A DNA stretch of 64,000 nt from NCBI GenBank assembly GCA_041662125.1, contig JBAZTA010000001.1, forward strand, positions 3,118 through 67,117. Reading direction: 5' to 3'. Below, in pieces: positions 11,086 to 21,559 of the stretch (position 1 is the first letter of the stretch; the number at the start of each line of letters is the position of its first letter). The notes beneath the pieces are model-generated. The model did no database searches. It was not told the DNA's origin and worked only from the letters and a program-made list of their open reading frames with translations. The position numbers and the translations under genes are program-made. Source of the DNA: Candidatus Omnitrophota bacterium (GTDB lineage: Bacteria > Omnitrophota > Gorgyraeia > Gygaellales > Profunditerraquicolaceae).

Positions 11086-12300
11086 TTAAATATTTACTGA
11101 TTTATTGTACTTTACAGGCTCTGATAAAACTCCCCGAAAAACATTTAAATATTTTCCGGCGGCATTCTCCCATGAACTGCCGTTAAGGCTATTGCGAATC
11201 TGAGCTGCATCCCAATCTTTATCCAATACCTTTTCGAACTTATCAGCAAGCTCCTGCACATTACCTCTTTCAAATAACACTCCGTTAACAGGACTTACCA
11301 TCTCTGGAATGCCTCCGACTCTTGAAGCAACAACCGGTCTTCCGGAAGCAATCGCCTCCAAGATAACATTAGGACACCCTTCCATAATACTGGGAAGGCA
11401 AAGCAAGTCACATGCTCCGTACCAAATAGGCAGTTCCTGCCGGATTTTTTCTCCGACAAAAAACACTTTATCTTTGATATTCTTTCCCTGAGCTTTTTTC
11501 TCGCATTGCGTTTTAAGCTCACCTGCTCCGACCAAAACTAAAATGCAATCATTCTTAGCTTTACGCACCAAACTTTCAAAAGCTTCCAATAAATAATCAA
11601 CGCCTTTAATAATAATAAGCCTACCCACAAAAAGAATAATCTTTGAACTTTTGTTAAAACCAAGCATCTGTCGGCATTCAGTTTTATCTTTCAGATCGAA
11701 TTTTTGCAGTTCAACTCCGTTTCTAATAACTTCTAACTTCTCAACCCTGATACCAAGGCCAATTGCCAGATCTTTTTGTGCCTGACTTACAACAATAGTC
11801 TTATCCGCGCTTTGCAGAGCCCCTTTTATCTGGAACCTTCTTAACCGGTAGGTAGAATATAAATTGAGATCCGTACCTAAAGCCGTAAGCACATGTGGAA
11901 TCTTTAATATCCGTGCTATCCAGCTGACAGCTACTCCGTCAGGAAAAATACACTGGGTATTTATAAGCGATATCTTTTTCTTCTTGGACAACTGTAATAA
12001 TTTCGGCAACAAAGCCAAAAATATTAAGACCGTATGAAAAGCCCCGCATTTGGGCAAAGCAAGGTACTTCGGACTAAAGACTTTTATCCCTTCTATCTCA
12101 AATTCCTCGGGAATAAGGCTGAACTTGCGAAATTTAGCGACTTTGCCCAACAACTTTGGTACCCAGGGTAACGGCGATATTACGGTCAATTCGCAAGTTT
12201 TATTCAAAACCCGCACAATATTATACACAAATATCCCCCGCAGAGGTTCCTGAGGGTTCGGGAAAAGATTGGTGATAACTACTAGTTTCATCTTAGCCAT
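11086..12300 (-). CDS. Glycosyltransferase family 4. Start is probably MAKMKLVVITN, internal to the listed ORF.
   Basis: Motif EGCPNVILEAIASGRPVVASRVGGIPE. Confidence 0.6.
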   Translation of the reverse strand: MAKMKLVVITNLFPNPQEPLRGIFVYNIVRVLNKTCELTVISPLPWVPKLLGKVAKFRKFSLIPEEFEIEGIKVFSPKYLALPKCGAFHTVLIFLALLPKLLQLSKKKKISLINTQCIFPDGVAVSWIARILKIPHVLTALGTDLNLYSTYRLRRFQIKGALQSADKTIVVSQAQKDLAIGLGIRVEKLEVIRNGVELQKFDLKDKTECRQMLGFNKSSKIILFVGRLIIIKGVDYLLEAFESLVRKAKNDCILVLVGAGELKTQCEKKAQGKNIKDKVFFVGEKIRQELPIWYGACDLLCLPSIMEGCPNVILEAIASGRPVVASRVGGIPEMVSPVNGVLFERGNVQELADKFEKVLDKDWDAAQIRNSLNGSSWENAAGKYLNVFRGVLSEPVKYNKSVNI

Positions 12301-12311
12301 TTCTCTTAACC

Positions 12312-13511
12312 TTAAATATTCGGCAAAAAATTCCAGAAAATGTTCTGCGAATATAAAAGGCAGCATTTTTTGCACGAATCGAACAAGCCTTTTTGTTTGA
12401 GTCTCTTCCTAAAATTAACTGCTTTATCGGAATTAATGATCTCATTAATACTGTTCTGCCTCAAATTACCCATAGCAACTGACAAAGAACAGGGATAAAC
12501 ATTACCATAAGGATCTATCCGACAAGAGTACCATGGGGAAAAGCATTTCTTTACGATACTGTAATCAGGAACGTTAAAAAACTTTTTTCTAGTCTTTCTT
12601 CCCACTATCGACATCTCTACAGACTGGTTAAGCTGCTTGGAACGCAAAAGAACAGTTTCAATCTCCTTTTCAAGCATATCTGTATCGATCTTGCCAATCT
12701 CATCTGACATAATAAAACTTTCCTGCTTTATGAAATTGCCCTGAAGCTCTTTTTTGGTATTATCCGCATTTTCCTCGTTAGAAAATATTATCGGGTCTAT
12801 TGTAAGCGGCAACCCCTTTTCTTTAGCGATTCCTACCAATTCAACCAGATGCTCCTGGTTCAACCTTGACACTGTACAAAGAAAATTTAGATTAGGACAA
12901 TTCCTTCCCTGACTGATCTTCTCCCGGCTAATCCAATCCACAGCATTCATGATATTATCGTATATCCTGGCTTTTCTGATAAATTCATGCACTTCTTTAG
13001 GCCCATCTAGAGAGATCGTGATATTATCCACTCCTATCTCTACGACTTTTCTGGCAATTTCCTGAGTTATTAAACCTGCATTAGAAGTATAAGAAACCTT
13101 GAAACCAGACTTTATAGCCAAATCCGTAATCTCCAGGATATCCTTTCTCAAAAAAACCTCGCCTCCGGAGAAATTTATGTATTCCGTACCGAGTTTTTTC
13201 AAGTCTTCAAAAAGCTTTCTGAACTCGCTAACAGCAAGCTCCTTACCATTCTTCATAGACTCCAGCAGACCTTTACCACCGTCAGTATGTATCCCGTAAA
13301 GAGGGCACATCTGACATCTGCAATTGCATAAGAATGTAACTTCTATACAGATCTCTTTAAGGGAACGGATTTTTCCCATGCCAAATAAATAATCAGGATA
13401 ATATGACCTAATCGCCTTACTTAGACCCCGGAGGTTCTTTAGAAAAACCGGAGATATAATTTCCTTCAAAAAAGCCCTCATCCTTATGTTCATGATACAT
13501 TTTCCTTTCAT
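12312..13511 (-). CDS. Radical SAM enzyme with C-terminal SPASM-like Cys cluster
   Basis: CNCRCQMC matches CxxxCxxC; C-terminal CFSPWYSC...PCSLS...CKKCC auxiliary cluster; embedded among glycosyltransferases. Confidence 0.7.
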   Translation of the reverse strand: MKGKCIMNIRMRAFLKEIISPVFLKNLRGLSKAIRSYYPDYLFGMGKIRSLKEICIEVTFLCNCRCQMCPLYGIHTDGGKGLLESMKNGKELAVSEFRKLFEDLKKLGTEYINFSGGEVFLRKDILEITDLAIKSGFKVSYTSNAGLITQEIARKVVEIGVDNITISLDGPKEVHEFIRKARIYDNIMNAVDWISREKISQGRNCPNLNFLCTVSRLNQEHLVELVGIAKEKGLPLTIDPIIFSNEENADNTKKELQGNFIKQESFIMSDEIGKIDTDMLEKEIETVLLRSKQLNQSVEMSIVGRKTRKKFFNVPDYSIVKKCFSPWYSCRIDPYGNVYPCSLSVAMGNLRQNSINEIINSDKAVNFRKRLKQKGLFDSCKKCCLLYSQNIFWNFLPNI

Positions 13512-13518
13512 CTAGCCG

Positions 13519-16500
13519 TTACGCAGCGATCTGGCAATATAACTTTTCATATTCGCTGGTCATTTTTTCAATCGAAAATTGTTCTATAACTACTTGAAGC
13601 GCCCTTCTTCCCATAGTTATCGACTCTTGATGGTTCTGCAACATCCAGATAATAGCCTGCGCCAATTTGTCCGGAGATCTGGAAGGAATTAATAAACCTG
13701 TTTTACTATTAGCGATTACTTCCGGATTTCCTCCGACTTCAGTAGCGATTATCGGCAAAGCCGCTGACATCGCCTCTAAAAGGGTTATTGATAATCCCTC
13801 GCTTAAACTCGATAAGATGAATATATCTAATATTCTTAGAAGTTCTGGGATATCTCTTCTATCCCCAAGGAATATCACTTCTTTTTCTATATTCAATTGC
13901 CTGGCATACTGTTTAAGCTCTTCCATCATCGGACCGTTACCGATAAGCAGCAGTCTAATATCTGGCAGCTGCGAAAAAGCTATTTTGAATCCATCCATTA
14001 ACGTCTTGTGATCCTTGACCGGTGCTAACCTAGCGATATTTCCTATCACCCGGCAAACACTCGGTATACCAAAAACTGTCTTATCCGGTTTTAACGCGGC
14101 TTCATTACTGTATTTCTTAGTGTCTATGCCATTGTAGACGACCTTTATTTTCTTGGCATTTACTTTTGCTTTTACCAATAAATACTCCGCGACATTTTTG
14201 ACCACGCAAACTACCGCAGTGGTCCTGATAGCCAGGTAACGCAGGAAATATATAAGTTTAAACTCTTCAGGCCTTAAAGTTGAATGCTGGGTATGGATAA
14301 TCTTCGTTTTTTTAAGCCCGATACATGCCAATACCGCATAAAACCACTGGGCGGCATTATGAGAATGCACAATATCAATATTCTGATCTTTAAAAAGCTT
14401 ACTTAGTTTAATAATAAGCTTTAAATCTATGCCTTCTTGCTTTTTTTCTTGATAAAATGCAATACCCAACTGCTCAAACTCATTCTTCAGGAAATTCTTT
14501 TCTTTAAACGAACAAACACTGATGTTAAACCGGCTTTTATCTAAAGATCTGCACATTGCCAAGATCAAAGTTTCGATACCGCCAATATCGAAAGAATAAT
14601 TCAAGAATAACAAATTAATCTTTCTATCAATAAGTTTATTTCCTTTTTCCAAGGACAATGGAAAATTAATATTTAAGACTAGGCTTTTTAAGAATAAAAC
14701 TATCGCCTGGATAGTGAAATGGCATCGCATACTCTCAAGGATAAGATACTGTGATTCTTTAATATGTCTGTACCATAACAGGTCCTGGGCGTAATCAATG
14801 TTAATCCGTGCCGTGATTTTCGAGATAAACTTTTTATTGCGTGCAACGAATTCAGGATTATCTCGGGAAAAATTATCAATCACTTTTAGTCGGTTTTTGG
14901 TAACCAACTGATTACTTAAGGAATTAGCGCTTTTCTTGTACTTCACTAGAGGTTGAACAATCAAACCAATCTTATAATTCATACTTACCTTAAGCATAAT
15001 ATCTACATCTTCAGCAGTAGTTAAGCTCTCGCTAAATAAACCCACATCTTCAAGAATTTTCTTTTTAGTTAACATGTAAGAACAAGTTGTAGACTTCTTC
15101 TCAAGGAGCATTTTTAACACTTCTTTAACCCCTAATTCTTCCTTTTTAACAGTCTTTTTAATGTCCGAAAAAGATATTTTCTTATTATTTGCATTTAATA
15201 TCTCAACTTCCGAAATCACCATACCTAATTCTGGATTTGAACTTAACAAATCTATCTGCTTTTTAAGCTTCTCAGGATACCAACGGTCATCTGAATCTAA
15301 AAAAGCCACGTATTCTCCTTTACTTTCCTTAATAGCCTTGTTACGCGCATTAGAACAGCCAACATGTTCATAATACAAATATCTTATTTTATTTTTATAA
15401 CCATTTAATATTTCTTGAGTATTATCAGTAGAGCCGTCATCAGAAACAATGATTTCTACGTTTTTGTATGACTGATTGATAACACTATCGATCGCTTGAC
15501 AGATTAAATCAGCCCTATTATAGGTAGGTATAATAACGCTTATTAGCGGTTCGCCTGGTTTAATAGATATTTCAACCTTTCCTCTATCTTTATAACTCTT
15601 ATCCACATAAGAAATGACTTCTATAAGAAAACTTTTTAGATACAAAAATGTTGCTTTAAGAGAAAAATTATTAAATAGGCTTTTTCTTGCCTGATTGCGG
15701 CTATCATTGATATACCTGTATAACAACAAGTCTTCGGCATATCTTAAATGCACTACAGATATCGTTTTTTTTAGGATATCATTGTTTTCTTTTGCCAAAA
15801 CAGGATAGATTTTTTTAAACTTCGCAATGACCCGTAGCCGGTTCTGAGTAAATAAACTATGACTAAGCGAATTGGCGACTTTACGGTATTTTAAAAGCGA
15901 CTCCGGAAAAAGGGCAATCTTATACTCGGCTGCAATTCTTAGAAAATAATCGATATCTGCGGCTGTCTTTAAATTTTCATCAAACTCTCCAATATAAGCG
16001 ACAACATCCTTCCTAACGATCATATTAGAAAACATCCCCACGAGATTTTTAAGCATATAAGAAAGAACGTGTCCATCGCGAGGAAAATCATTCTTAAAGC
16101 TGCTGCAAAACAGTTTCTTGCCGTTTATATCGATAAACTCTATTTCGCTGATAATAGCTCCGAAACTATCGTTTTTTTCCATAAAGCCTATCAACTTTTG
16201 CAGTCTTTCCAAACACCAGATATCATCTGAATCCAAGAAAGCTATATATTTGCCTCTGGCTTTTTTAACCCCGAAATTCCTGGCGCTTGATTCTCCGCCG
16301 TTATCCTTATAATAATAATCTATTTTGTTCTCATAGGCTTCCAATACTTCCCGGGTATTATCTATTGAACCGTCATCTATAATAATGATCTCGAAATCTT
16401 TGGAAGTCTGCGCCAAAACGCTATCAATAGACTCCGATATGGTATCAGCCCTATTGTATGTCGGAATAAGTACGCTTACCAAAGGAACCTTATTTTCCAT
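13519..16500 (-). CDS. Three-domain glycosyltransferase (GT2-GT2-GT4 fusion)
   Basis: 993 aa; two VLIPTYNRAD/VIIPTYNRAD GT2 N-terminal signatures plus C-terminal GT4 motif LLEAMSAALPIIATEVGGNPE. Confidence 0.65.
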   Translation of the reverse strand: MENKVPLVSVLIPTYNRADTISESIDSVLAQTSKDFEIIIIDDGSIDNTREVLEAYENKIDYYYKDNGGESSARNFGVKKARGKYIAFLDSDDIWCLERLQKLIGFMEKNDSFGAIISEIEFIDINGKKLFCSSFKNDFPRDGHVLSYMLKNLVGMFSNMIVRKDVVAYIGEFDENLKTAADIDYFLRIAAEYKIALFPESLLKYRKVANSLSHSLFTQNRLRVIAKFKKIYPVLAKENNDILKKTISVVHLRYAEDLLLYRYINDSRNQARKSLFNNFSLKATFLYLKSFLIEVISYVDKSYKDRGKVEISIKPGEPLISVIIPTYNRADLICQAIDSVINQSYKNVEIIVSDDGSTDNTQEILNGYKNKIRYLYYEHVGCSNARNKAIKESKGEYVAFLDSDDRWYPEKLKKQIDLLSSNPELGMVISEVEILNANNKKISFSDIKKTVKKEELGVKEVLKMLLEKKSTTCSYMLTKKKILEDVGLFSESLTTAEDVDIMLKVSMNYKIGLIVQPLVKYKKSANSLSNQLVTKNRLKVIDNFSRDNPEFVARNKKFISKITARINIDYAQDLLWYRHIKESQYLILESMRCHFTIQAIVLFLKSLVLNINFPLSLEKGNKLIDRKINLLFLNYSFDIGGIETLILAMCRSLDKSRFNISVCSFKEKNFLKNEFEQLGIAFYQEKKQEGIDLKLIIKLSKLFKDQNIDIVHSHNAAQWFYAVLACIGLKKTKIIHTQHSTLRPEEFKLIYFLRYLAIRTTAVVCVVKNVAEYLLVKAKVNAKKIKVVYNGIDTKKYSNEAALKPDKTVFGIPSVCRVIGNIARLAPVKDHKTLMDGFKIAFSQLPDIRLLLIGNGPMMEELKQYARQLNIEKEVIFLGDRRDIPELLRILDIFILSSLSEGLSITLLEAMSAALPIIATEVGGNPEVIANSKTGLLIPSRSPDKLAQAIIWMLQNHQESITMGRRALQVVIEQFSIEKMTSEYEKLYCQIAA

Positions 16501-16502
16501 AA

Positions 16503-17771
16503 TTAACCTCTATGTTCAAAAGCCATAATCCTCAGCCTTTCGATCACAAGTCTTAATTTTTCGATAGACCCTAGGCTGCGGCAAGGAACTTTCACTTTCA
16601 TAAGCCTACCAAAATTCAATACCTTGCTTTCTTTAGATAAAACATCTCCCAAGACAATCTCGCCTTCTTCATTTGCCTGATGCAGCTTATGCTTTTCATC
16701 GGTATACTTTAAATTCTGTTTAGTAACAACAGTAAGTCCTTTTACTACCCCGGGGTTATGGTTAGTGACGATTATCCCATCAGAGGTGGAAGAAATAGAT
16801 ATGTTTTTCACCTGTTCAAGTCTATCTAGTAAATCGCTGGTCGGCACAAACCAACCTTCTTTCCTACTGGCTAAATCTTCAAGAATTTCTTCAATATCCC
16901 GGCGTAAAACATAGTTGTCGTCATTAATTTTTTCACAGAAACCCGCGGCAAAATGTGTATAAACTATGCAACTTCCCCTTTCCCTGACAAGTTTATTAAC
17001 GTTTTTCTTCGTCAATAGTTTGCTAAAAAAAATCCCGTTATAACCGTCTGAAAAAGAAAACCAGTAATTCACATAAGGTTTTTCCTGTTCATGATAAGGC
17101 ATGCTCGGGTTGAATTTAAGGGTATTAATCTGCGAAGTCCCCCATAAACGCAGATATTTGGTTTTTTCCCTGCAAATATCGCCCCAGAAATACGGACTTT
17201 TGCGGTCCTCTCCGCTGAAATCAATCTTGGAATACATACTAACTAAATAACGCCATAGAGCATTACTAGAAATATTCCTACCCCAGTAAATGTTTTCCTT
17301 GTTCTTGGAATGCATTATGTTTATTTTAGGGTAACAACCAATGACCTCTTTAAATCTTTCATAACCTCTTCTGGTGACATCACTCGTATCATGACCGGAA
17401 GTAACAGTGTGTAGCGCTATCTCAAAACCTTTCTTCTGAAAATACTTGATGAACTTCAAATACGCAGCGTCTTCTAAAGTAGCACTTTCTTGCTGTTCCA
17501 TCTGATCCGGCATTGCCTCAAGATCTTTCGGTTTGAACACCCAGCAAGCGATCGTAGTCTTGAAACCCAGTTTATCCAAGGTATCATAGACTACTTTTAC
17601 CTTCTCTAGCTTTGCTCCATCGGGATCATCAGTCACAGTAAAGGCGAAATTCAATCCATCTGGGTAAGGCGAAACATAAAACACCGGCAACATTCTTTGC
17701 CGATAGAGCAAGAACGATGCCAACATCATTATCACCAAAATTAATAATAATCTATCGATTTTTAATTTCAT
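16503..17771 (-). CDS. Hypothetical membrane-anchored protein, possibly a divergent deacetylase-like fold
   Basis: 422 aa; single N-terminal TM; weak TVTDDPDG / HTVTSGHD motifs; 4-bp overlap with neighbours. Confidence 0.3.
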   Translation of the reverse strand: MKLKIDRLLLILVIMMLASFLLYRQRMLPVFYVSPYPDGLNFAFTVTDDPDGAKLEKVKVVYDTLDKLGFKTTIACWVFKPKDLEAMPDQMEQQESATLEDAAYLKFIKYFQKKGFEIALHTVTSGHDTSDVTRRGYERFKEVIGCYPKINIMHSKNKENIYWGRNISSNALWRYLVSMYSKIDFSGEDRKSPYFWGDICREKTKYLRLWGTSQINTLKFNPSMPYHEQEKPYVNYWFSFSDGYNGIFFSKLLTKKNVNKLVRERGSCIVYTHFAAGFCEKINDDNYVLRRDIEEILEDLASRKEGWFVPTSDLLDRLEQVKNISISSTSDGIIVTNHNPGVVKGLTVVTKQNLKYTDEKHKLHQANEEGEIVLGDVLSKESKVLNFGRLMKVKVPCRSLGSIEKLRLVIERLRIMAFEHRG

Positions 17772-19033
17772 TTTATGATATATGAGTAATAATACATCGA
17801 CATTATGACTACGATACTCAGAACATTCATTGCGTCCTTCCAGGTGAATTTTATATCTACCTCCTGCACACTCTTATGTAAAATATTTACTGCAGCAGCG
17901 CAAAGACCTAAAAGTAGATAAAATATATCAATCTCGTTAGTGACGAACAAAGTGCTGACATTAAGACCGATCAGACTTACCATCAATGCCGTTCCTAAAG
18001 ACGTAATATTTTCTTCTTTTAATTCGGCAATTACTTTTAATTTATATATCTGGCGCAATCCCTTAAAAGAAAAATATATTAAAGCCACCCATACAAAAAT
18101 TCCTATTCCACCGATCTCAGCGAGGTTTTGCATAAAATTACTGTGAGCAAGCATGTGACGAGAAGTAACCTGGATATATCTTCCTTTACCAACCCCAAAA
18201 AGCATATTTTCTTTAAAACACTCAATTGCATTGCTCCAAAGCCTTGTTCTTTCATGCACAGATGCTTCTTGGGTACTAATCTGACTCATACGCGAAGGAG
18301 CAAAATATACCAACATTACCCCAGCCAATAAGACGCCAATTATTATAGCGAACTTTTTATTTCTTAACTTCAGCATCGGATATAATAATAAGCTGATTAT
18401 CAACGTAAGAAAGCCACCTCTTGAATTGGTGGTATAAATCCCGGCAATCATGCATCCGCAAAGCAAGAAATTAATCACTCTAAAGAATAATGAATAATGA
18501 CCGAAGGAAAATTCCATCGCAAAAGGAACGGTTATATTCAGAAGTAACGACATCGCGTTTGCCCCATTCCATAACCCCACCCATTTTGTCCTTACTCCTA
18601 CACCACTATGGTAGAAATCCTGCCCGGCAATTCCGATCCCTCCGCTTATGAACTGAGAGACCGCCTGGACTGCGATAACACAAGAAAGCAACCCCATAAA
18701 GAACATGGTGTTCTTCAATTTCCTAGGAGTATTGACCAAGAGAATGATCATAAAGAAAATACAGGCCTTTTTAAAAAACAAGATGAATTCCTGTATGCCC
18801 ATATCCATATAACCGTTTACCGCGTCAGAAACTAGAATGATCAAAAGCAAAGCCATTAATAAAGAATATTGGGGTATCTTCACAAGCTTTACGCCGCTCT
18901 TGATTTTAATCATTAAACCAAGTATTAACGCCGGGATTATTACCAAAAAATCTACAGGCCAACCCAACAATTGTGGCACCCAGTCTTGGGGACGGATATA
19001 CAGATTTATCAGATACGTGTAGATTAAGATCAT
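17768..19033 (-). CDS. O-antigen ligase/polymerase-like membrane protein (Wzy_C domain)
   Basis: 421 aa polytopic; motifs TNSRGGFL and HSNFMQNLAEIGGIG typical of Wzy_C. Confidence 0.55.
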   Translation of the reverse strand: MILIYTYLINLYIRPQDWVPQLLGWPVDFLVIIPALILGLMIKIKSGVKLVKIPQYSLLMALLLIILVSDAVNGYMDMGIQEFILFFKKACIFFMIILLVNTPRKLKNTMFFMGLLSCVIAVQAVSQFISGGIGIAGQDFYHSGVGVRTKWVGLWNGANAMSLLLNITVPFAMEFSFGHYSLFFRVINFLLCGCMIAGIYTTNSRGGFLTLIISLLLYPMLKLRNKKFAIIIGVLLAGVMLVYFAPSRMSQISTQEASVHERTRLWSNAIECFKENMLFGVGKGRYIQVTSRHMLAHSNFMQNLAEIGGIGIFVWVALIYFSFKGLRQIYKLKVIAELKEENITSLGTALMVSLIGLNVSTLFVTNEIDIFYLLLGLCAAAVNILHKSVQEVDIKFTWKDAMNVLSIVVIMSMYYYSYIIK

Positions 19034-19052
19034 TTTTTATCAGCTGCTTTTT

Positions 19053-20555
19053 TTACCTTTTTATTCCCTTTAAAAGATCCTTGCGTTCATTTTCATTAAA
19101 GCCATAGAAAAAGCTGAAGATTATAAACAAAACTGCTCCCGCTAATCCTGCGGGAAACAACATCAAATATGAAGGCTTAATAAAACTTCTTAATGTAAAA
19201 GCAAAACATATGAAGAAAACCATGGATTTAATTACTGCCGGTAGTAGTGTTTTAAAGTAATAAAGGTACAATTTCAAACCAATTACCCTACAGACATAGA
19301 TGGGTTGAATGAATAAATTCATAACTGAATATGGGATTGTTACTCCCAATGCAATGCCCAAAAGGCCGTATTTTTTTACTAAAATCAAACTTAAAATCAG
19401 ATTAGAGAATCCTTCAATCGTATTAGCGAAAAAAGTGAACTTATGTTTAGAAATTCCGTAAAGTAATCCGCCTGTGGGAGTTTGCATAAGACAAAAAATA
19501 TTGGCTACGGTTAACATTGCCAACAAAGGATAAGCGGAAACATAAGCTTCCCCCATCCAAACCTGGATAAAATCGCGGCCCAAAATCAGAATTAAAGCAC
19601 CGATTAATATTGCTATATAACAGCTTATTTTGGTCGTAAATAGGAATTTTTCCCGTATTGAATTATAATCGTTTTTCCCTTCATATTGACTAAAAACCGG
19701 CATCAAAATCCCCATACTGCTCATCATAGCCTGGGAAAAATACTCTGTAAGACGTAAAGCTATGGAATAGATTGTGACTTCTTTCAAACCTAAAAAAGCG
19801 GCAATAATGAAGGAGGAAACTCGGAAACGCATCATCAGAGCGATATTCGCTCCCGCTGTTACAAAGCTGTATTTGAATATCGACTTGATTTTAGCCCTGT
19901 CTATCATATTTCGGGAAAAAACCATGTTTTTGTCCACTTTTTTCGCAAAAATAAAGGTCATGGCATACATCAGCATCTCGGTTGTAAAAGTTATCATCGC
20001 TAAAGTAAATAACCCGTTGTAGCGCTTCAAAAGAGTAAAAACTAAAGTTATGCGCAGAATATGGGTTACTATCTCTGTGGTAGTGTTTAAATCGTAACGC
20101 AGATGTGCTATCAGCACTCCTTTAAAAACTCGCATAGGAAAACCTATGGCTAAACTAAGACTAAGAACGGGTAGGATTGTTTGAAAAAGCCTTAGATTTA
20201 CGGCATCTTTTATAATATACGGTGATATAAAAACTAAGACTGCGGAAACCATAAGAATTACCACCCCGATAATCATATACAAATACAAAATGGTATTAAT
20301 AATCTTATTCATTTCCCGATCGTCATTGACTCCTATAGCCCTGGAAACAAATCTTTGTACTGCCTGCATCAGACCGAAATCAAACAGACCATAATATCCC
20401 ATGAAAGTGCCAATCAATACCCATAACCCATACATTTTGTCCCCAATGAAATGGATAATAAACGGCATCATCAACAATCCTACAATGGCGCTGATGAAAA
20501 ACTCAGTCACTCGGAAAGCCGAACCTTTTACCAAACGCTGTGCTTTTGAACTCAT
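19053..20555 (-). CDS. Polysaccharide/oligosaccharide flippase (MOP/Wzx family)
   Basis: 500 aa, ~12-14 TM segments, family-typical N-terminus. Confidence 0.6.
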   Translation of the reverse strand: MSSKAQRLVKGSAFRVTEFFISAIVGLLMMPFIIHFIGDKMYGLWVLIGTFMGYYGLFDFGLMQAVQRFVSRAIGVNDDREMNKIINTILYLYMIIGVVILMVSAVLVFISPYIIKDAVNLRLFQTILPVLSLSLAIGFPMRVFKGVLIAHLRYDLNTTTEIVTHILRITLVFTLLKRYNGLFTLAMITFTTEMLMYAMTFIFAKKVDKNMVFSRNMIDRAKIKSIFKYSFVTAGANIALMMRFRVSSFIIAAFLGLKEVTIYSIALRLTEYFSQAMMSSMGILMPVFSQYEGKNDYNSIREKFLFTTKISCYIAILIGALILILGRDFIQVWMGEAYVSAYPLLAMLTVANIFCLMQTPTGGLLYGISKHKFTFFANTIEGFSNLILSLILVKKYGLLGIALGVTIPYSVMNLFIQPIYVCRVIGLKLYLYYFKTLLPAVIKSMVFFICFAFTLRSFIKPSYLMLFPAGLAGAVLFIIFSFFYGFNENERKDLLKGIKR

Positions 20556-21559
20556 ATTTTCCCTTTTATCGCATCGATTATCCCAACAACATTGTTATTA
20601 AGCCAATCTTTCTTATCTGAAGCATCCATTAAGAATATTTGTCGGTACCTGTGTAGCACATGATCCAGCCAAAACAGAACCATCATCGGCTTGACCAGAT
20701 CACCTGGTAAGCCAAGCACGTCCAAATGAGCTTTTATGATCTGCTGCTCCCAAGAAGTAAAATTACCTTTTAAATATCTGTCGGTCAAACTCTTGGCTAC
20801 AGATTCTCCTGTAACTAATTTATGCTTATATATCAAAAGAAAAAAGATATCTAGAAGCGGCAATACTTCTTTATTCGATAAATCCCAGTCTATTACCCCT
20901 TTGATTTTCCGGCTTTTGGCATCAAAAAGGATATTCTCGATCTTATAATCTCCGTGCATCCAGACAGTCTTTATCAACCTGCCCGATAACTGCTTTTGGA
21001 CATTATCCTTGATCTTTTTTAGGTCTTTTTTTTGACTTTCATCAAGATAAAACGCAAGCCTTTCGAAATCAGCCCCAGCTAATTTCTCAAAATTACCGTT
21101 ATCAACCCGAATCTCCTTTGCGGTTTCTTTTTGAAAGCTTAGCAGGAAATCAGAAGCTTGAACGATAAACTCATCAATCAGACTGACCGGCACGGCCAAA
21201 GAAAAACCGAACAGCCTGGTCTCGCTAAAGCACCAGCGATCCTGAAGCTTCTCTTCGCTTAAAAACTTTGGGACAAACCCGGCAATGCTGGTATTTGCCA
21301 ATCCTTCCAATATCGACCTGTTATTCCGACACCTTAACAGGCTTAATTCATCATTAGGGATACGCACGACTTTATCTTCTGTCACTATCAAAACAGCATC
21401 CGGGCAACCTTTGATCACCTTTTTGACGTTCTTTAATCCTAAAAGCTTGATAGCTTCTGATACTTCTGGATACTTATTTATTGTCCAAAAGTCTACGACA
21501 CTCTTTTTCAAAACATCCTTAAAAATCATCCAGTTATCTGCAATGCTTAAAGAACTCAT
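20552..21559 (-). CDS. Phosphotransferase of the APH/choline-kinase protein-kinase-like fold
   Basis: 335 aa; HGDYKIENILFD ... IDWDLS catalytic/Mg-binding motifs. Confidence 0.5.
   Translation of the reverse strand: MSSLSIADNWMIFKDVLKKSVVDFWTINKYPEVSEAIKLLGLKNVKKVIKGCPDAVLIVTEDKVVRIPNDELSLLRCRNNRSILEGLANTSIAGFVPKFLSEEKLQDRWCFSETRLFGFSLAVPVSLIDEFIVQASDFLLSFQKETAKEIRVDNGNFEKLAGADFERLAFYLDESQKKDLKKIKDNVQKQLSGRLIKTVWMHGDYKIENILFDAKSRKIKGVIDWDLSNKEVLPLLDIFFLLIYKHKLVTGESVAKSLTDRYLKGNFTSWEQQIIKAHLDVLGLPGDLVKPMMVLFWLDHVLHRYRQIFLMDASDKKDWLNNNVVGIIDAIKGKI

Noticed and set aside
17768-20555. Looked for an exosortase/archaeosortase among the polytopic membrane proteins
   Set aside because: The two candidates carry Wzy_C (O-antigen ligase-like) and Wzx/MOP signatures instead. 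No PEP-CTERM/PGF-CTERM tails were found on any protein in the window.
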